Shown here: piece by piece, positions 25,590 through 28,585 of the stretch
How the letters are laid out: each line of letters starts with the position of its first letter
Numbering within the stretch: position 1 is the stretch's first letter
From: Oligoflexales bacterium
GTDB lineage: Bacteria > Bdellovibrionota_B > Oligoflexia > Oligoflexales > RGVZ01
Reading direction: 5' to 3'
Assembly (NCBI GenBank): GCA_044236265.1
Contig: JBIIGV010000029.1
Span: 1 to 28,585 of the forward strand
DNA length: 28,585 bases
Made by a program: the position numbers and the translations under genes
Notes under the pieces: generated by a model
Told to the model about the DNA's origin: nothing
Seen by the model: the letters and a program-made list of their open reading frames with translations, nothing else
Databases searched by the model: none

Positions 25590-26549
25590 ATGATGATGAA
25601 CATGAAGCTTTTGCTCCTTGCAGCTCTTGTTACGGCCGGTTGTAAAACCCCATCATCTGACGGCTCCAAACTTAGAGACGCCACCCCAATTGACAAAGAG
25701 GATCTTCCGCCCGTGAGGCTTGCCTTCTGGGCTGACAAAGACTTTGTTTATCGAGGCTTCTGCTCCTGGTCGACAGCACCGTTTAACCGTGGAAACTGCA
25801 CAGACGATATGGTGCGCGTTCCCGCATCAAAATTTAATGAGTACTTTAAGCGTCTCGAGATGATGCCGGACGGCTATTCCAATACTGGAGATGCGCCTAC
25901 GGGCACAGAGGTGCAGAAAGCCACCGCAGAACTTCTATCAGCTCTGCAAAATCGGGATGACTTGGCTTGGATCCCCATGCAGCGCCGCGTCTCTGACGAC
26001 CTCAGGCAACAAATTAAACTCAGTGACGGTGCTCTGCAGTTGGCGTCCAGACTAAACCAATTCTTTTTGGGCATGGGCCAGACCCGCGCCGTCATGCCTC
26101 CCTTTATGGTCTCCATTTTCGAGCTAACGGGTCGCGGCGCCATTAAAATTGGCCTGAGAAACGGACTAAAGAAGGATCAATCCGTCATTGTTCAGGACGG
26201 AAAAGCCCTGCGTGAAGGCACAGGATTTTTTGACCTGTTTAAGGAGATTGCCGCAGAACAAGACGGCCGCAAGGCAACCTGTCAGCTTTACAACAACGGG
26301 AAGGACGCCCTACCAGCGAAAACAATACTGTTTGTCAGCGGCTGGGACCGATTTAATCCTGATCATTCTGACGTGACAAGCTTTAGGCTCTATAAGGACG
26401 CCGAGCTGACCAAAGAAACAGGCTATATGAGCTGCGTCGGCGCTTTCACAGAATTTAAAGGGAAGCCCCTACCGAGCTTCCCTTTAGGCGAACTGCTAAC
26501 GACGTTTAAAGATCAAAGTGACTTCATACTGCAAGGCTACATGGAATAG
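25590..26549 (+). CDS. Hypothetical lipoprotein
   Basis: SD AGGAG; lipobox VTAGC; 319-aa ORF with two Cys pairs; no family recognised. Confidence 0.8.
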   Translation: MMMNMKLLLLAALVTAGCKTPSSDGSKLRDATPIDKEDLPPVRLAFWADKDFVYRGFCSWSTAPFNRGNCTDDMVRVPASKFNEYFKRLEMMPDGYSNTGDAPTGTEVQKATAELLSALQNRDDLAWIPMQRRVSDDLRQQIKLSDGALQLASRLNQFFLGMGQTRAVMPPFMVSIFELTGRGAIKIGLRNGLKKDQSVIVQDGKALREGTGFFDLFKEIAAEQDGRKATCQLYNNGKDALPAKTILFVSGWDRFNPDHSDVTSFRLYKDAELTKETGYMSCVGAFTEFKGKPLPSFPLGELLTTFKDQSDFILQGYME

Positions 26550-26560
26550 ATCTGCACCGA

Positions 26561-27736
26561 TCAGCCACCCGTTTGAGGTGGTGAGGGATCCGGTGCTGGC
26601 GCAGGCGGAGGTTGCGAACCCGCGCTTCCAGGCGGCGGCGCAAACGCACTGCAGGTTGATTTCTTCTCTTTAATGGCGGCAGCCAGCACTTGGGCCAGCT
26701 CTTTTCGAGCGGTCATATTTGAACAGTCGAATACTTTATCTGTCGGAAATCCGGTAAAACTATTTTCTGCACCATCCACCCAGAACTTGATGACTTTCTT
26801 GGTGGCTGTTCCAACTGATCCATACACGTTCTTAGAACAAACTTTGAAAGCTGTGGCTGGAGCCGTCAGACAGAAGGTCACGTCCTTATCGATAGCCACG
26901 CCCTGACAGCCTTGCATTGGCAACGGAATGCGGTCGGACATCGACTGACTTGGCTTTCTGCCACCACCTGCACCCATGCTCGACGGGTGCCCTTGACAGA
27001 GGTCACCTTGAACCTTGGAACGCCCTTCCTGACGCTCTGCATCAGATGGGCGGTACTCTTTTACGACTCCCGGTGCCATCGGCGGCTGACCAGGTTTACG
27101 CTCAAAATGTCCCATCGCAGCGACCATATCTTCTGGCTTCACATTTGGTCGAGCTGTCACCATACTGCCGACAACAGCCTGAGTCACGGTGGGCCCGAGT
27201 ATCTCTGTTGGGTCAAAGTTACCAGCGTCGTCAGTTGGCAAATTGGATTGCTCATCTTCAGGCAACGAGTTGAATATGCGAACATCCCCAGCGTTAGCCA
27301 CAAGATTGGTGGCAAATGACGCCACAGCGTTGCTAATGACTGACTCATCGAGGCTTGGAGCCACTTCGGCAATCTTCGTCACGGCATACTCTGTCAGATC
27401 ACTAAACATCGCCGTTAGATTTTCGAGGACGGTACCCGAATAACTGGTGTCTTCATCCAAACTAAGTAAACTTGTCAGCTCTTGCGCCTTGGTTTGGACG
27501 CTGGTGACCACGGAACTTTGCTGGGCATCACTGAGACCAAGCTCAGACATGACCGACTTAAACGACTCCAAACTGGAGTTTACCGCATTCAAGAAAAGCT
27601 GCGTTGTCGTTGCGTTTTCAACCGACTTTGAGCAGCTACTGCTGGTTAAACATTTCATCCATGATCCGCAGCCCTGCGTCATAGATAGCCCGGCTACTAG
27701 ACTCAATCCGACTATTCCACTTCTGATCAACCCCAT
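26561..27736 (-). CDS. Hypothetical lipoprotein (helical acidic N-half, six-Cys C-domain, Pro-rich tail)
   Basis: Perfect SD AAGGAGGTGA before ATG 27736; lipobox MTQGC; long ORF with no recognised family. Confidence 0.8.
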   Translation of the reverse strand: MGLIRSGIVGLSLVAGLSMTQGCGSWMKCLTSSSCSKSVENATTTQLFLNAVNSSLESFKSVMSELGLSDAQQSSVVTSVQTKAQELTSLLSLDEDTSYSGTVLENLTAMFSDLTEYAVTKIAEVAPSLDESVISNAVASFATNLVANAGDVRIFNSLPEDEQSNLPTDDAGNFDPTEILGPTVTQAVVGSMVTARPNVKPEDMVAAMGHFERKPGQPPMAPGVVKEYRPSDAERQEGRSKVQGDLCQGHPSSMGAGGGRKPSQSMSDRIPLPMQGCQGVAIDKDVTFCLTAPATAFKVCSKNVYGSVGTATKKVIKFWVDGAENSFTGFPTDKVFDCSNMTARKELAQVLAAAIKEKKSTCSAFAPPPGSAGSQPPPAPAPDPSPPQTGG

Positions 27737-27759
27737 AATCACCTCCTTCAACAGGCCCT

Positions 27760-27788
27760 AAGTCGGACATCCCCCTTCTGAACCTTAA
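27760..27788 (-). promoter_or_regulatory. Putative sigma28 (FliA)-type promoter
   Basis: Minus strand TTAAG-N16-TCCGACTT, 23 nt upstream of ATG 27736; weaker match. Confidence 0.4.
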
Positions 27789-28217
27789 ACATTCTTTTGG
27801 ATCTGCTTCGCTTAAATGTATAATTTTTAATCAGATCGCTTGTTTGTGCTTATTTTTTAATCATACTCCGCCCTGCCACCCCCTGCTCTCGTTCAATATA
27901 CCCGATGGATGCATCTTAAGTATCTGTTTTTATTGATATTTTTGCCTTTTCTGAATGCGTTCATTATACATCTGTATTTTGAACAAATAGGCTCAAATAT
28001 AACCATTTGATATGATTTTGATTATTAACTAATCAGCACCAGCAGCGCATATGTCACTGCTCGCTTATAATTTATTCAGCAGCAGCATTTTTACTGGCGG
28101 TGTTAGATCATGGTTCAGGATTGCCTAATTTATAAACATTTTAACGTTTGGAAAGGGCGAGGGGGAGTGAAACGTCACTAAAACGGATTAAAAAATGAAA
28201 ACTCGAAAAATGAAGAC

Positions 28218-28245
28218 AAAAAAATGCGCCCTTTGGGCGCATTTT
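28218..28245 (-). terminator. Intrinsic terminator (possibly bidirectional)
   Basis: Minus strand AAAATGCGCCC-AAA-GGGCGCA-TTTTTTT directly after the stop at 28250. Confidence 0.85.
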
Positions 28246-28249
28246 AAAT

Positions 28250-28585
28250 TCACTTAAGATTACATCCCCACGGAATATCGGGTTTGATTAACTTAAACTC
28301 TGCGGGAATTCCTTTAACCTTTTTAGCAAAAATTTTGATTTCTCCACTAGCGTTGCAAACCGCAGCGACATAAAAATTACCGAACTCAGTCAAGGCATCA
28401 GTTGGAATAGACTGATCTGTCAGAAGCCAAGGCTGAATCTGATTGGCACTAAAAGACTTAAATAAAACGGGATTACCAGCTGCTTTTGAATAAATTGCAA
28501 CCGGCTTGTCGTCCGCATCGCAATATGCGGGATCAGGAAGCTTAGCAATGGTAGCAACGCAGTCCATTTTGTTTAGCAAGTGACG
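28250..28585 (-). CDS. C-terminal fragment of a hypothetical Cys-containing protein, 5' part outside the window
   Basis: Frame open to the window edge (RHLLNKMDC...PWGCNLK-stop) and followed by a terminator. Confidence 0.7.
   Translation of the reverse strand, partial: RHLLNKMDCVATIAKLPDPAYCDADDKPVAIYSKAAGNPVLFKSFSANQIQPWLLTDQSIPTDALTEFGNFYVAAVCNASGEIKIFAKKVKGIPAEFKLIKPDIPWGCNLK

Noticed and set aside
27789..28217. AT-rich gap as a replication origin
   Set aside because: No convincing DnaA boxes (TTATCCACA) and no dnaA/gidA/par context.

Overview
Gene-dense bacterial chromosomal window with no rRNA, tRNA, CRISPR array or mobile element that I can see. The style suggests Bdellovibrionota/Oligoflexia (inference only): many orphan lipoproteins, Cys-rich secreted proteins, and sigma28- and sigma54-type promoters. 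Recognisable housekeeping genes are pgi, a FabG4-like reductase with an HtdX/MaoC-like dehydratase, typA/bipA, an SCO protein, a YqjM/NamA-type old yellow enzyme, fabH, ppk1 and a membrane class III adenylate cyclase. About a dozen uncharacterised exported proteins lie among them. Best candidate for an undescribed system: a five-gene minus-strand operon (19433-22907) bounded by a sigma54-type promoter and an intrinsic terminator. It encodes three exported thioredoxin-fold CxxC proteins, a divergent DUF4266-like lipoprotein ending in CPTC, and a probable outer-membrane beta-barrel, but no ApbE or FMN-binding gene. It may be a trans-outer-membrane thiol-disulfide relay. Other highlights: a clostripain-like (clan CD) lipoprotein protease with a perfect 24-bp VNTR between its putative catalytic His and Cys; a large adhesin with two phage-like polyglycine domains in permuted order; a secreted protein made of a duplicated, unrecognised 6-Cys domain; and four sigma28-like promoters in front of orphan lipoprotein and cyclase genes. 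All family calls come from motif recognition by eye; no searches were run.
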